Assembly (NCBI GenBank): GCA_021735685.1
Contig: JAIPGN010000004.1
Coordinates: 959-64,958, forward strand
Source: Patescibacteria group bacterium
GTDB taxonomy: Bacteria; Patescibacteriota; Patescibacteriia; UBA2591; UBA6264
Reading direction: 5' to 3'
Length of the DNA: 64,000 nucleotides
Under the pieces are notes generated by a model, which searched no databases, had not been told where the DNA came from, and saw only the letters and a program-made list of their open reading frames with translations. Shown here in pieces: positions 8,400 to 17,900 of the stretch. The position numbers were made by a program, and so were the translations under genes. Each line of letters opens with the position of its first letter. Within the stretch, counting starts at the first letter, position 1.

Positions 8400-9323
8400 A
8401 TGAATTCATTTGAAAATAAACAAAAAGATTCGTCAGAGAAAAAAGAGAAAATTTCTCAAACAGAAAGCAGGGAAGGGCTGATTGATTCTGCTCGTCAAAA
8501 AACCGAAAAACTGATTAAGGAATTGGAGAATAAGGTTTTTTCAGATTTTTTAGAAAAGAAAAGTCAGATTTCTTTTGAAGACTTGACTGATCAAATTTTA
8601 GAAACTGTTAATTTTATCCAAAGAACTAAAATTGGTTTAACTGGCGAAAAGGCAGAGAAAGAAATAGAGAGAGAAGAAGAAAAGGAAAATTCTCAAAAAA
8701 TTATTCTTTCTATTTTTCGGCACGACATTGGCAACAAATTAGCGGCCTTGTTCTCGGCAGTTAATCTTCTTAGGCTAGGAGACAAAGAATATGATCAAAA
8801 ATTCATTTTTCAAGATATGAGAAGTCAAATTCAGCAAATAAGAAATCTTTTGAATGAAGTGGAAAAATTAGAAAAAAGCATAGCTTCCGGAGAATTTATT
8901 CTCCAAGATGTTGAAAAGGTGTCTAAAGATATTCAGGAAGCTTACGATGATTTAAAAATTGAAATTAATCAAGAGCGTTATAAGAGAAGTTTAATTAAAA
9001 CGAATTTTTCTTTTTACTTAATTTTAGATAATATTGTGGCTAATGCAATTCGTCACGGTAAGGCCTCAGAAATAGATATTAAAATTAAAGAAGAGGAGGA
9101 TTTTATTTTGGTGGAGATAGAAAATAATGGCACTAAACTAAAAGAGGGGATTGCGGAAAAAATATTTGAAAAAGGCTTTAAAGACGAAAAAACTGGTAAT
9201 AGTGGTTTAGGTTTAACCTTAGTGCGAGAAAATATTGAAAAAAATCAGGGAAAGATTTGGGCAGAAAATACAGAAAAGGGAGTGAAGTTTATTATTAAAT
9301 TTCCTTTATTAGAGAGAGCTTAA
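8400..9323 (+). CDS. Sensor histidine kinase, soluble, with no TM segment
   Basis: H-box HDIGNKLAAL and a HATPase_c domain with N-box NAIRHG and G-boxes GNSGLGL. I chose the ATG at 8400 because the track start at 8301 overlaps the upstream gene by 86 nt. Confidence 0.6.
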   Translation: MNSFENKQKDSSEKKEKISQTESREGLIDSARQKTEKLIKELENKVFSDFLEKKSQISFEDLTDQILETVNFIQRTKIGLTGEKAEKEIEREEEKENSQKIILSIFRHDIGNKLAALFSAVNLLRLGDKEYDQKFIFQDMRSQIQQIRNLLNEVEKLEKSIASGEFILQDVEKVSKDIQEAYDDLKIEINQERYKRSLIKTNFSFYLILDNIVANAIRHGKASEIDIKIKEEEDFILVEIENNGTKLKEGIAEKIFEKGFKDEKTGNSGLGLTLVRENIEKNQGKIWAENTEKGVKFIIKFPLLERA

Positions 9324-9328
9324 AAATT

Positions 9329-9699
9329 AGGGGACAGTCCCCGTATTTTCCTCTTTCAAACCCCGCTTTCCAAGCGACTTTCCAGCTCATTTTTTCAATT
9401 TGGCGAAAAAATGGGCTTTTTGCTTTTTTAGTTATTTTTCTTTGGGAGCAGGGAAACAGCAGACAGAGAAGAAGCAATCTTCCAAAGAGCCAAGACTTTG
9501 TTTCGCCCCTTTCAGGCAAGGGCTCCCTGCCTGTCGGCAGGCAGGGCAATGACAGCAAAAAATTTGCCGGGCTACTGAAATTAGTAGGGGAGGGCTGAAC
9601 GTTTAAAAATAAGCTGATTTTTCGCCATTTTGGATTTTTGCTCTTGTTTTCTGCTTGGAGAGCTGGTTTTGAGAGCTTGCTTGAGGGGGACTGTCCCCT
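9329..9699 (+). mobile_element. MITE-like structured repeat, copy A (~370 bp), with 14-bp terminal inverted repeats AGGGGACAGTCCCC / GGGGACTGTCCCCT
   Basis: It begins ...AGGGGACAGTCCCC and ends GGGGACTGTCCCCTT. Sub-terminal segments are mutually complementary (TGGCGAAAAA / TTTTTCGCCA, CCAAGC / GCTTGG). There is an internal GC hairpin CCCTGCCTG-tcgg-CAGGCAGGG. A second copy lies at 11657-12001. Confidence 0.6.
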
Positions 9700-9826
9700 T
9701 AATTAAAAGAGTAGACTAGAATAAGGAAAATTAAACAAATACAATAGATGCATAAAAACATAGTTTGAATCTGTGTTTTTTTGCTTTTTACATCTTATTT
9801 AGGTTTGCCCTCGACATTTTTTTAGG

Positions 9827-9857
9827 TTGACAAAGGAGCTAGAATTTGCTATTCTAG
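9827..9857 (+). promoter_or_regulatory. Sigma70-like promoter (TTGACA-17-TATTCT) overlapped by the palindrome CTAGAAT-ttgct-ATTCTAG, a candidate operator
   Basis: -35 at 9827-9832, -10 at 9850-9855, palindrome at 9839-9857. A strong AGGAGG RBS lies 7 nt before the ATG at 9902. Confidence 0.45.
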
Positions 9858-9901
9858 AGCTATAAGTTCTTTAAAAAAAGAAAAAAAGAAAGGAGGATAA
9901 A

Positions 9902-10318
9902 ATGAAAAATATATTTTTCATTTTACTCGTAGTATTTTTTGTCTTTGCTTCCGCTGTGGAAGTAGAGGCAGAAAATGTTTTTTCTTCTGAGGTCGTTTAC
10001 GGCCCAGAAGAAATCCAGGGATCCCTCTCTTGGGATTACTTGGGGGCGGGGTGGCTTGCCCACTTAGGAGCCAAAACCGAGGGAGAACTATCCCTTGGTT
10101 TGGGGATTAATCTCCCAGAACTTGAATTTTTTGATTACAATAGCTTTGAGGCTATTATGGTCAATTTTCAAGCCGCCGGAGGCCTCGTCTTTGTAAAAGA
10201 CGGGGTAGCAGAAGATTACTTTTTTATCTACCCAGTCGTTCAGATAAGCGACTGGGAGGAAAGAATTTTTTTCCGAAGCGAGCAAGTGGCTCGCTTTACT
10301 AAAGAAAGTTTTGGTTGA
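9902..10318 (+). CDS. Small secreted protein (hypothetical)
   Basis: Signal peptide MKNIFFILLVVFFVFASAVEVEA. GC-richer than neighbours, with C-ending codons. Strong RBS. Confidence 0.55.
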   Translation: MKNIFFILLVVFFVFASAVEVEAENVFSSEVVYGPEEIQGSLSWDYLGAGWLAHLGAKTEGELSLGLGINLPELEFFDYNSFEAIMVNFQAAGGLVFVKDGVAEDYFFIYPVVQISDWEERIFFRSEQVARFTKESFG

Positions 10319-10551
10319 TGGGATACCACTAACCAAGTTTTCTTTAATCATGAGGATCATTCTTTTGGATTGTTTTGTCAGACTCATCATAACGGCAAGT
10401 TTTCATTTTCTTTTTTTGGGCCCCTTTATAAGAACAGGGTGTCTAAAAAAATTACGATCGAGGTCTTTCTCGGTATTAATCCCGAGAAAGAAAAAATGGG
10501 GGGAGCGAGATTTAATCTCGTTGTTCCTTAGAACTTAGAAAATCATTTTTT

Positions 10552-10585
10552 AGCTCAGGAAAAATTTCCTGAGCTAATTTTTTTG
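10552..10585 (+). terminator. Rho-independent terminator
   Basis: AGCTCAGGA-aaaattt-TCCTGAGCT followed by TAATTTTTTT. Confidence 0.5.
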
Positions 10586-10689
10586 CTTTTGTGTTTTTAT
10601 TCTGTCAATAATTTATGACAATAAAGAATATGTAAAACCCCTTAAAATAAAGATAAAACTATATTAAATAATAATACTTACAATAGCCC

Positions 10690-10718
10690 TTGACAAAAAC
10701 TAATAATTCTGCTATATT
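10690..10718 (+). promoter_or_regulatory. Sigma70-like promoter TTGACA-17-TATATT
   Basis: -35 at 10690-10695 and -10 at 10713-10718, 48 nt upstream of the RBS-supported ATG at 10766. Confidence 0.5.
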
Positions 10719-10765
10719 TTTAATATCAATGTTCTTTGAAAAAAAATGTCAAGGAGGACAAAAAA

Positions 10766-11629
10766 ATGAAAGAACGAACATTAAGAGATTTAGCCAAATC
10801 TCCCAAAATCGGAGATTTCTTGGCCAGAGAAAAAGAAATCAAGTCTTGGCCAGATTGCTGGTTTGATCCTAACGACCAATCAAAGATGAAAATCTTTACA
10901 AAAAAGGTAGAAACTGATTTACCGGCTTTTGTTCAAAAGATCAAAGAAAAAGGCAGTTTGTCTTTGGATGATATCAGGACAAACCGTGGTGAAGTTCAAG
11001 AAGAAATCAGGGAAGTAACTCAAGATTTAACCCTACTGAAGAAATATGTAGGAATGTCTTATTTCTTTCTGAAAAACAAAATTCCTTTCCCAACAATGTT
11101 ACACAAAGACAAAAAGGAGTCGGGATTGGTGTTTAGCTTTTCTTTAGAGGGCCAGTTTTATAACTGGGACGAAGAAATTGCTTTACTTCACCCTTTTATC
11201 CTTTCTACATGGAAAGGTCCAATAGATTGGCCTTGGGCGGCAAAATGTCGTTGGTTGCAAGGCGTTGGAGATTGGTTATTGATCATTGATCGTTATCTAG
11301 AAAAAGAAAAACAAGGAAATTCTTTCAAGAAAAAACTCCTTTCTTTATTGGGAGTTGATCAAAAAGTTAGAGAAATTATGGACAGAGCTAAGATGAATTT
11401 GGCGGAATTGAAAGCAGTCTTAGGCATCAATGATTTCTTCAAAAATGCTTCTCTGATCGAAAGAATTTGGGCTTCGGTAAGTGGTTCTGATTCTTCTAAA
11501 GTCAGCTTTAACGACAAAGCTCTGTGCGTAATTAAATATTACGGCGGAGCCAGTGATGAAAGAGGATGGGATGTACGCGTGGATCGTTCCACTCTCCATC
11601 TTTTCTATAATTTAAGGGGTTGCCAATAA
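10766..11629 (+). CDS. Hypothetical protein. I preferred the ATG at 10766, which has a perfect AAGGAGG RBS.
   Basis: The track ORF (10736-11629) starts at TTG. The internal ATG at 10766 sits 7 nt after AAGGAGGA. No family recognised; Trp-rich. Confidence 0.55.
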   Translation: MKERTLRDLAKSPKIGDFLAREKEIKSWPDCWFDPNDQSKMKIFTKKVETDLPAFVQKIKEKGSLSLDDIRTNRGEVQEEIREVTQDLTLLKKYVGMSYFFLKNKIPFPTMLHKDKKESGLVFSFSLEGQFYNWDEEIALLHPFILSTWKGPIDWPWAAKCRWLQGVGDWLLIIDRYLEKEKQGNSFKKKLLSLLGVDQKVREIMDRAKMNLAELKAVLGINDFFKNASLIERIWASVSGSDSSKVSFNDKALCVIKYYGGASDERGWDVRVDRSTLHLFYNLRGCQ

Positions 11630-11656
11630 TTTTTTATTAATTAAACAATTAAATCC

Positions 11657-12001
11657 AAGGGGACAGTCCCCGTATTTTTCCCTTTCAAGATTCGCTTTCC
11701 AAGCGACTTTCCAATCCATTTTTTCAATTTGGCGAAAAAATGGGTTTTTTGTTTTTTTGAGTTATTTTTTTTGATAGCAAGGAAACAGCAGAAAGGAAAG
11801 AAGTAATCTTGCAAAGAGCCGAGATTGCTTTGCCCTTATCAGGCAAGGGCAAAGATAGTAATAAATTTACTAAGCCACGGGAATTATTTAAAGGAATGAA
11901 TATTCGAAAACAAGCTGTTTTTTCGCCATTTTGGATTTTTGCTCTTGTTTTCTGCTTGGAGAGCGGGTTTTGAGAGCTTGCTTGAGGGGGACTGTCCCCT
12001 T
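11657..12001 (+). mobile_element. MITE-like structured repeat, copy B (~345 bp)
   Basis: Same terminal and sub-terminal sequences as the copy at 9329-9699 (AAGGGGACAGTCCCC ... GGGGACTGTCCCCTT). The central ~80 bp differ. Confidence 0.6.
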
Positions 12002-12050
12002 GGATAAGAAAGTTTTACTTTTGTTGATAATTTAGTATATTAAAGGAGAT

Positions 12051-12416
12051 ATGTTTAGTTTTAAAAATTTGCAAAAAAGTTTCCAGTCGGCCTTTAAAGG
12101 ATTATCAATTGCTTTTAAGGAGGAACAAACCTTTAGGATCCAGGCCAGTATTGGTTTGGTGGTTTTATTTTTAACCTTTTTTTTGGCTTTAAGAAGTTGG
12201 GAAAAGGTAGTTTTGATTTTATTGATTATTTCAGTTCTAGGTCTAGAATTAATTAATTCTCAGATTGAGAGGATTTTGGACTTTACTCATTTAGGCTTTC
12301 ACCCTAAAATTAAAAGAATTAAGGACCTTTCTGCAGCTGCAGTTTTGGTGGTTTCTTTGGGGGCAGCCTTAGGCGGAGTTTTTATTTTATTGCCTCCTTT
12401 GTTGGCTCTTTTTTAA
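12051..12416 (+). CDS. dgkA: Diacylglycerol kinase / undecaprenol kinase family (DgkA-like)
   Basis: 121 aa, three TM segments, motif GLELINSQIERILD matching the prokaryotic DAGK signature E(L)xNSAIExxxD. Confidence 0.7.
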   Translation: MFSFKNLQKSFQSAFKGLSIAFKEEQTFRIQASIGLVVLFLTFFLALRSWEKVVLILLIISVLGLELINSQIERILDFTHLGFHPKIKRIKDLSAAAVLVVSLGAALGGVFILLPPLLALF

Positions 12417-12507
12417 AAAATTACTCTTTCCTTTTTTTCTCTGCTAATAAGCAGAGATTTTTGTTTACAATTTATTTTTTTTTGGTAAAATAAAGAAAAG
12501 TAAGTTT

Positions 12508-13302
12508 ATGAAAAAACCAAAGATTATTACAATTTGTAATCGTAAAGGAGGTACTGGCAAGACTAGTGTGGCCATTAACTTGGCCGCTTATTTATCTCGT
12601 CTAGGGCACAAGGTTTTATTAATTGATTTAGATCCTCAGTCTAATGCTACTTCGGGCTTAGGCGTTGACAATCGACGTTCTGGTATTTACGAAGTTTTGA
12701 GTGGAGATGCCTCTTTTCAAGAGATAATAATGGCTGCTCGAGGTAATCTTTGGCTAGCCCCAGCCAGCGAAAATTTAGCTGGAGCAGAAGTAGAGATTGT
12801 GGGACGGGAGAATCGGGAATCAATTTTAAGAAAATCTATTAATTCTTTTATTGAAAAACAAGAAATAGATATTGATTTTATTTTAATTGACACCGCTCCT
12901 TCTTTAAGTTTGATTACTATCAACAGCTTGGTGGCCGCTGATCAGATTTTGATTCCCGTGCAAACTGAGTATTTTGCTTTAGAGGGTTTAACTCAGCTTT
13001 GCAAAACTATTGATTTGGTTAAAGAGGGCCTTCAGCCAAATTTAAGTATTTTAGGGGCAGTTTTAACTATGTATGATGGTCGCAATAAACTTTCTTCAGA
13101 AATTTGGCAAGAGCTGTATCGTCATTTTCCTTATTACATCTTTCGTACTGTAATTCCTCGTAATGTTCGTTTGGCTGAAGCTCCTAGTTATGGGCAAAGC
13201 GTTTTAGAATACGCTCCTCGTTCCCGAGGAGCTAAAGCCTTTCATCGTTTAGCTAAAGAATTTTTAGCCCTTAGTCTTAATAATAAGATTAATCATGCCT
13301 AA
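12508..13302 (+). CDS. parA: Chromosome-partitioning ATPase ParA/Soj
   Basis: Deviant Walker A KGGTGKTS, then LIDLDPQSNATSGLG; 264 aa. Confidence 0.9.
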   Translation: MKKPKIITICNRKGGTGKTSVAINLAAYLSRLGHKVLLIDLDPQSNATSGLGVDNRRSGIYEVLSGDASFQEIIMAARGNLWLAPASENLAGAEVEIVGRENRESILRKSINSFIEKQEIDIDFILIDTAPSLSLITINSLVAADQILIPVQTEYFALEGLTQLCKTIDLVKEGLQPNLSILGAVLTMYDGRNKLSSEIWQELYRHFPYYIFRTVIPRNVRLAEAPSYGQSVLEYAPRSRGAKAFHRLAKEFLALSLNNKINHA

Positions 13303-13729
13303 GTATTTAATTTCCTTTTTTGTTTTAGTTTTGATTCTTGTTGTTTTTTGGTTTGGCGTGGTCAAAAAAGAAAAAGAAATAGTTCGTTTTCAGAATTATT
13401 ATTTTGAAGTAGAGTTGGCTCAAAATTATTGGCAAAGGGCGAAGGGACTGATGTTTAAAAAAGATATGGAAGAAAATCAAGGAATGCTTTTTGTTTTTCC
13501 CAAATCCGGATTATATAATTTTTGGATGAAAAATGTAAAATTTCCCTTGGATCTTATTTGGATTGATCAAGAGAAAAAAATTGTGGATTTAAAATTACAA
13601 CAACAACCTTGTTTAAGTAATCCTTGCTCAGCTATTAAACCGAAGGCTAAGGCACGATATGTTTTAGAGCTCAAAGGAGGAATGGCTAGTAAGACGGGGA
13701 TGACCGTTGGTTCTCAGCTAGAATTTTAA
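13295..13729 (+). CDS. DUF192-family protein with an N-terminal TM segment
   Basis: MFKKDMEENQGMLFVFPKSGLYNFWMKNVKFPLDLIWID matches the DUF192 (COG1430) core. The start ATGCCTAA overlaps the parA stop. Confidence 0.6.
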   Translation: MPKYLISFFVLVLILVVFWFGVVKKEKEIVRFQNYYFEVELAQNYWQRAKGLMFKKDMEENQGMLFVFPKSGLYNFWMKNVKFPLDLIWIDQEKKIVDLKLQQQPCLSNPCSAIKPKAKARYVLELKGGMASKTGMTVGSQLEF

Positions 13730-13793
13730 AATTAGCTTTTAGGTAAAAAAATGTTATAATAAAAGATAGAAAAAAATAAATTAAAATAAATTT

Positions 13794-14648
13794 ATGTCTT
13801 TAGGTAGGGGATTAGAGTCTTTAATTCCAGTTTCAAGTATTAAGAAAGTTAGCGATCAGGGTTTAAGTCAAACCAAAGAAGAGGTTTGTGATGTTTTGGT
13901 TAATCAAATTGAGGCCAATCCTGATCAACCCCGTAAAAGCTTTCAAAGAACTAATATGGAAGAGTTGATTAATTCCATTCAAGCGCATGGCATTATCCAG
14001 CCTTTAATTCTAAGTAAAAAAGAAGGAGGTAAGTATGAAATTATTGCCGGAGAAAGACGTTGGCGCTCTGCTAAAATTTTAAATTTAAAAACAGTTCCAG
14101 CTTTAATTCGTCCCATTGATTATAATAAAAAATTGGAAATATCTTTGATTGAAAACATTCAAAGAAAAGACCTTAATGCTATGGAAAAGGCAAAGGCTTA
14201 TCAAAGATTAATGGATGAGTTTAATTTAACTCAAGAAAAAATATCGGAAAGGTTGGGCTTGGCTCGAGCTACAGTAGCCAATGCCTTGCGTTTATTAAGA
14301 TTGCCTCAAATAATTCAAGAAGCCATTGAACAGGAAAAGATTAGTGAGGGTCATGCTAAAATTCTTTGTTCTTTTGATAGCGCAGAGAAGCAAAAAGCTT
14401 TTCTTAAGAGAATATTGGGATTAGGTTTAACGGTGCGCGAAACTGATCAGATGGCTAAAGCAAAGAAATTTAAAAAAAAGAAGATAATGCTCAATCCAGA
14501 ATTAGAGGAGAGAGAAAAGAAGTTGTCGCAATTTTTAGGCACTAAAGTTAAAATAAAAAAGAGTCAATCTAAAATTAAAGTATTAATAGAGGTTTACAAA
14601 TTAGAGGATTTAGATATAATAATTAAAAAGATAAAAGCAGATAATTAA
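13794..14648 (+). CDS. parB: Chromosome-partitioning protein ParB/Spo0J
   Basis: GLGRGLESLIP start, ParB box IIAGERRWRSAKI, and an HTH region. Confidence 0.9.
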   Translation: MSLGRGLESLIPVSSIKKVSDQGLSQTKEEVCDVLVNQIEANPDQPRKSFQRTNMEELINSIQAHGIIQPLILSKKEGGKYEIIAGERRWRSAKILNLKTVPALIRPIDYNKKLEISLIENIQRKDLNAMEKAKAYQRLMDEFNLTQEKISERLGLARATVANALRLLRLPQIIQEAIEQEKISEGHAKILCSFDSAEKQKAFLKRILGLGLTVRETDQMAKAKKFKKKKIMLNPELEEREKKLSQFLGTKVKIKKSQSKIKVLIEVYKLEDLDIIIKKIKADN

Positions 14649-14671
14649 GTTAAATTTGAGATTTATAGTTT

Positions 14672-14890
14672 ATGGCTATTGAAGTTAAAAGAAAACAAAA
14701 AGAAGCGTTAAATGTTTTTTTGCGTCGTTTTTCAGAAAGAGTAAAGCGTAGCGGAATTATTAATGATTTTAAAAAGTCAAAATTTTATCTTAAGCCTAAA
14801 AGCAAAAATTTAAAAAGAAAAAGCGCTTTAGAAAGAAAAAAGAAATCTGAAAAAATGAAATTTTTGAAAAAGGTGGGTAAAGCGAAATAA
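14672..14890 (+). CDS. rpsU: 30S ribosomal protein S21
   Basis: 72-aa basic protein; N-terminus MAIEVKRKQKEALNVFLRRFSERVKRSGI resembles the S21 N-terminal signature; lysine-rich tail. Confidence 0.7.
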   Translation: MAIEVKRKQKEALNVFLRRFSERVKRSGIINDFKKSKFYLKPKSKNLKRKSALERKKKSEKMKFLKKVGKAK

Positions 14891-14907
14891 AAAATTTATC
14901 AAAAAAT

Positions 14908-17900
14908 ATGTTTTTTTCAAAAAATAAAATCAGTTTAATTGTTTTTCTGATTATTTTGCCTATATTTTTTTTATTTATCCTTGCTCCGCTTTCAGCGCAA
15001 GATTTGGGTTCAGGAATAGTAGAAGAAGCGGGAAGTAGTGCCGGTTTAGGAGAAGGTAGTTTGCCAATTGTTTTAGGAAAAATTTTTAAAATAGTTTTAA
15101 GTGTTTTGGGTTTAGTTGCTTTAATTCTTGCTATTGTTGCTGGAGTTCAATGGATGACCTCTGGTGGTAATTCTGAAAAAATAAAAAAAGCGAAAGCCCT
15201 TTTGTCAGCAGCCTTAATTGGTCTGCTGATTATTATTTTAGCTTATGCTTTGGTTAGTTTTATAGTTAATAAATTAACTGGAGTTAGCGGGGGGGGAGGA
15301 GGATGTACGCCAGGCTCGTGTTGTGCAGATGGATTGCGATGCGATGAGAATGGTCAATGCACAATTGCTGATCTTGCCTGTAGCACCACTTTCCCTTCTG
15401 AGAATTTTCTTTTGTCTCGTGGTGAAGCTAATTTTGACGCAAACAATCAAGTTTATTTATGTAGTAATATTAGGGCTGTTTTTAATCATAATATAAAATC
15501 TAATACAGTTAGTGCTGCCCTTAATGCCGATGCTTTGAAGGTGGTGGACACAGATGATAATGACACAGTAGAAGGAGAATGGCAGGTGGCGGGTAAATTT
15601 ATTACTTTTACACCTGATGAATTTTGGGAAGAAAACACGAGTTATGAAATGGTGATTCCTTTAACGATTAGTGACAGCAATAATAAATATTTAAGTGGTT
15701 GTTCGGCCGGTTTTTTGCCTAATGGCAATTGCGCGAGTTTAGCTTCGCAAGTAAAATGGTCTTTCTTGACTAATGATCAGCCTGATGATATTTCTCCCTT
15801 TATTAAGAATTCTTATCCAGTTAAAGATTTAACTACTCCTGATCGTAATGTTTCGCGAGCGCCAGTTTTAGAAATTATTTTTAATGAAAATATAGATTAC
15901 ACGACTATTATTGACACAAATCATGTAGATTATGACGCAGATGATCAAAGCACTTGGCATCCAATAGCAGGTAATTTTCAATTATGCAAAATAGCGAATC
16001 AGAGTACTGAATGTGTTGTTGGGAATGAATACAATAACGATAATCTCAAAGTTTCTTTAACTTCACAGGGTTTTCGCATTTCTTTACTGAATGCTCAATG
16101 GCTAGAGGCTTTTGGGTGGTACGAAATTAAAGTGGATGGGATTGAAGATATGTGTGGCAATGTTATGGAACAATCCGAGGCTTGGACTTTCCAGGCCAAT
16201 GATAGTGTGCCCGGAGTGCAAGAGTGGTGGCCGCAAGGCAATAATGTTTGTCCAGACGCGCCCATTGGTTTACGTTTCGGAACCAGTATGTATGAACAGG
16301 AGGTGTCGGTGGAAGTAATTAATACTGTAACCAATGCTATTGAATTTGCGGGATCCATAAAACCTTCTAATTTTCCCGCTGGTGGTGATTACAGGTCAAA
16401 TTTAACCACTGGTAATGGTTCTTTGCTAGTAATGGATGATAATGATGATGAAATTTCTAATCAATTTAAAATATTTCAATTAGAGTTAAATTCGAATCTA
16501 ACTAATGATAGCGAATACACAATTGAGATTAATACCGACTTAATAATTGATGTTGATAACAATACCTTAGGTAAAGATTGGAGTTTTGAGGTTACTAATC
16601 TGCAAGATTGTGCTTGCGCTCCCATTATTTATCAAACTCTCCCAGCTCAGGGACCGCGAGGCTCTTGCGTCACTGTCACTGGCTATTGTTTTAATGGGAC
16701 GCTAGAGAGACCAGCAACAATTAATGGTTTTTGGTTTGACGATGGTGATAATCCAGATGGAGAAATATCTGCTGAAATCATGAGCTCAACTTCCAATTCT
16801 TTAACCACTGTAATTCCGGCGGATTTTGGAGAGCCAATTGATGATGTTCCTGATGAATTAAGCGAAAGAATTAAAATAGTTTATGAAGATAATGGCGAGG
16901 AAGTAAATATTCCTTCGGCTAATCAATTTACTGTTATTAGCAATCAGTTGGCTCAAGGTCCTTGTATCTGGCGCTTGGCTCCAAACCAAGGTAAGGTAAG
17001 TACTAATTTTGAAATAAAAGGCATTCGTTTAGGTTCAGAAGAAGGAAATAATTATGTAGGGATGAATTCTTGGGCTGATCATTTAAATATTGAGGGGGCT
17101 TGGACCAATGAAGAAATTGATCAAGTAGTGGTTCCAGCTTTCAGCACGGCTGGAGAAAGGGATGTGAAGGTAGCTGTTTTTAATGAGGCAGAGGGTAATT
17201 ATTTATTCAGCAATCCCGCTCCTTTTGATGTTATCTTTGATCAACCCGAGGTTAGAGAATTTGGTTGCAACCCGCCCCCTAATTATTCCTCTCCCAGTCC
17301 TTACAAAAATACGCAAGACGCTTGCACGGGTATTGATTTAATGGTGGAATTTACTAAAAACATGAAAGCATATGGAGCTAATGGTGTTTTGAATGTCGCT
17401 AATTACACCATTCGAAATTGTGGAAGCGAAGAGAATTATAACCCGGCAGATTGTAGCAGTATTTATTATTCTCCCACTAATGCTAATTTTTATGACAGTT
17501 CTCAAAATATAGTTCAACTTTCTTTAGCTTCTTCTTTATCCACTAATACTTGGTATCAGGTCAGCATTCAAGGCAATGTTCGCTCTCAAGAAGAAGTGGC
17601 TATGGGAGAAGATTATATTTGGCATTTCAAAACTCGAGACAATGATCTTTGTCCGGTAGCTCAAATAGATTTAACTCCTCAAAATAGTATGATTACTGGT
17701 TGTTCGGGGAGCCAACAATATACAGCTCAGCCCGTGGCCAGTAATTGTAATTTTTTAACGGCGAGTAATTATACTTATTCTTGGCTTTCTTCTCAAACAG
17801 AAGTAGCTACTGTTGGATCTGGCCAAAATTATCAAAATACAGCTCAAGCCATTGGTGGTGGTTATGCTTGGATTAAAGTCACAGAAGATGATTCTCAAAA

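Noticed and set aside
9295-9558. 87-aa minus-strand ORF
   Set aside because: It lies entirely inside the MITE-like repeat element and overlaps the end of the kinase gene. Its composition is that of the repeat, not of coding sequence.
10088-10538. ORFs 10088-10390 (-) and 10311-10538 (+) between the secreted-protein gene and its terminator
   Set aside because: The first is antisense to a well-supported gene. The second starts at TTG inside the stop region. An internal ATG at 10350 gives a 62-aa hydrophobic peptide that I cannot support beyond the ORF itself. The region may simply be a 3' UTR before the terminator at 10552.
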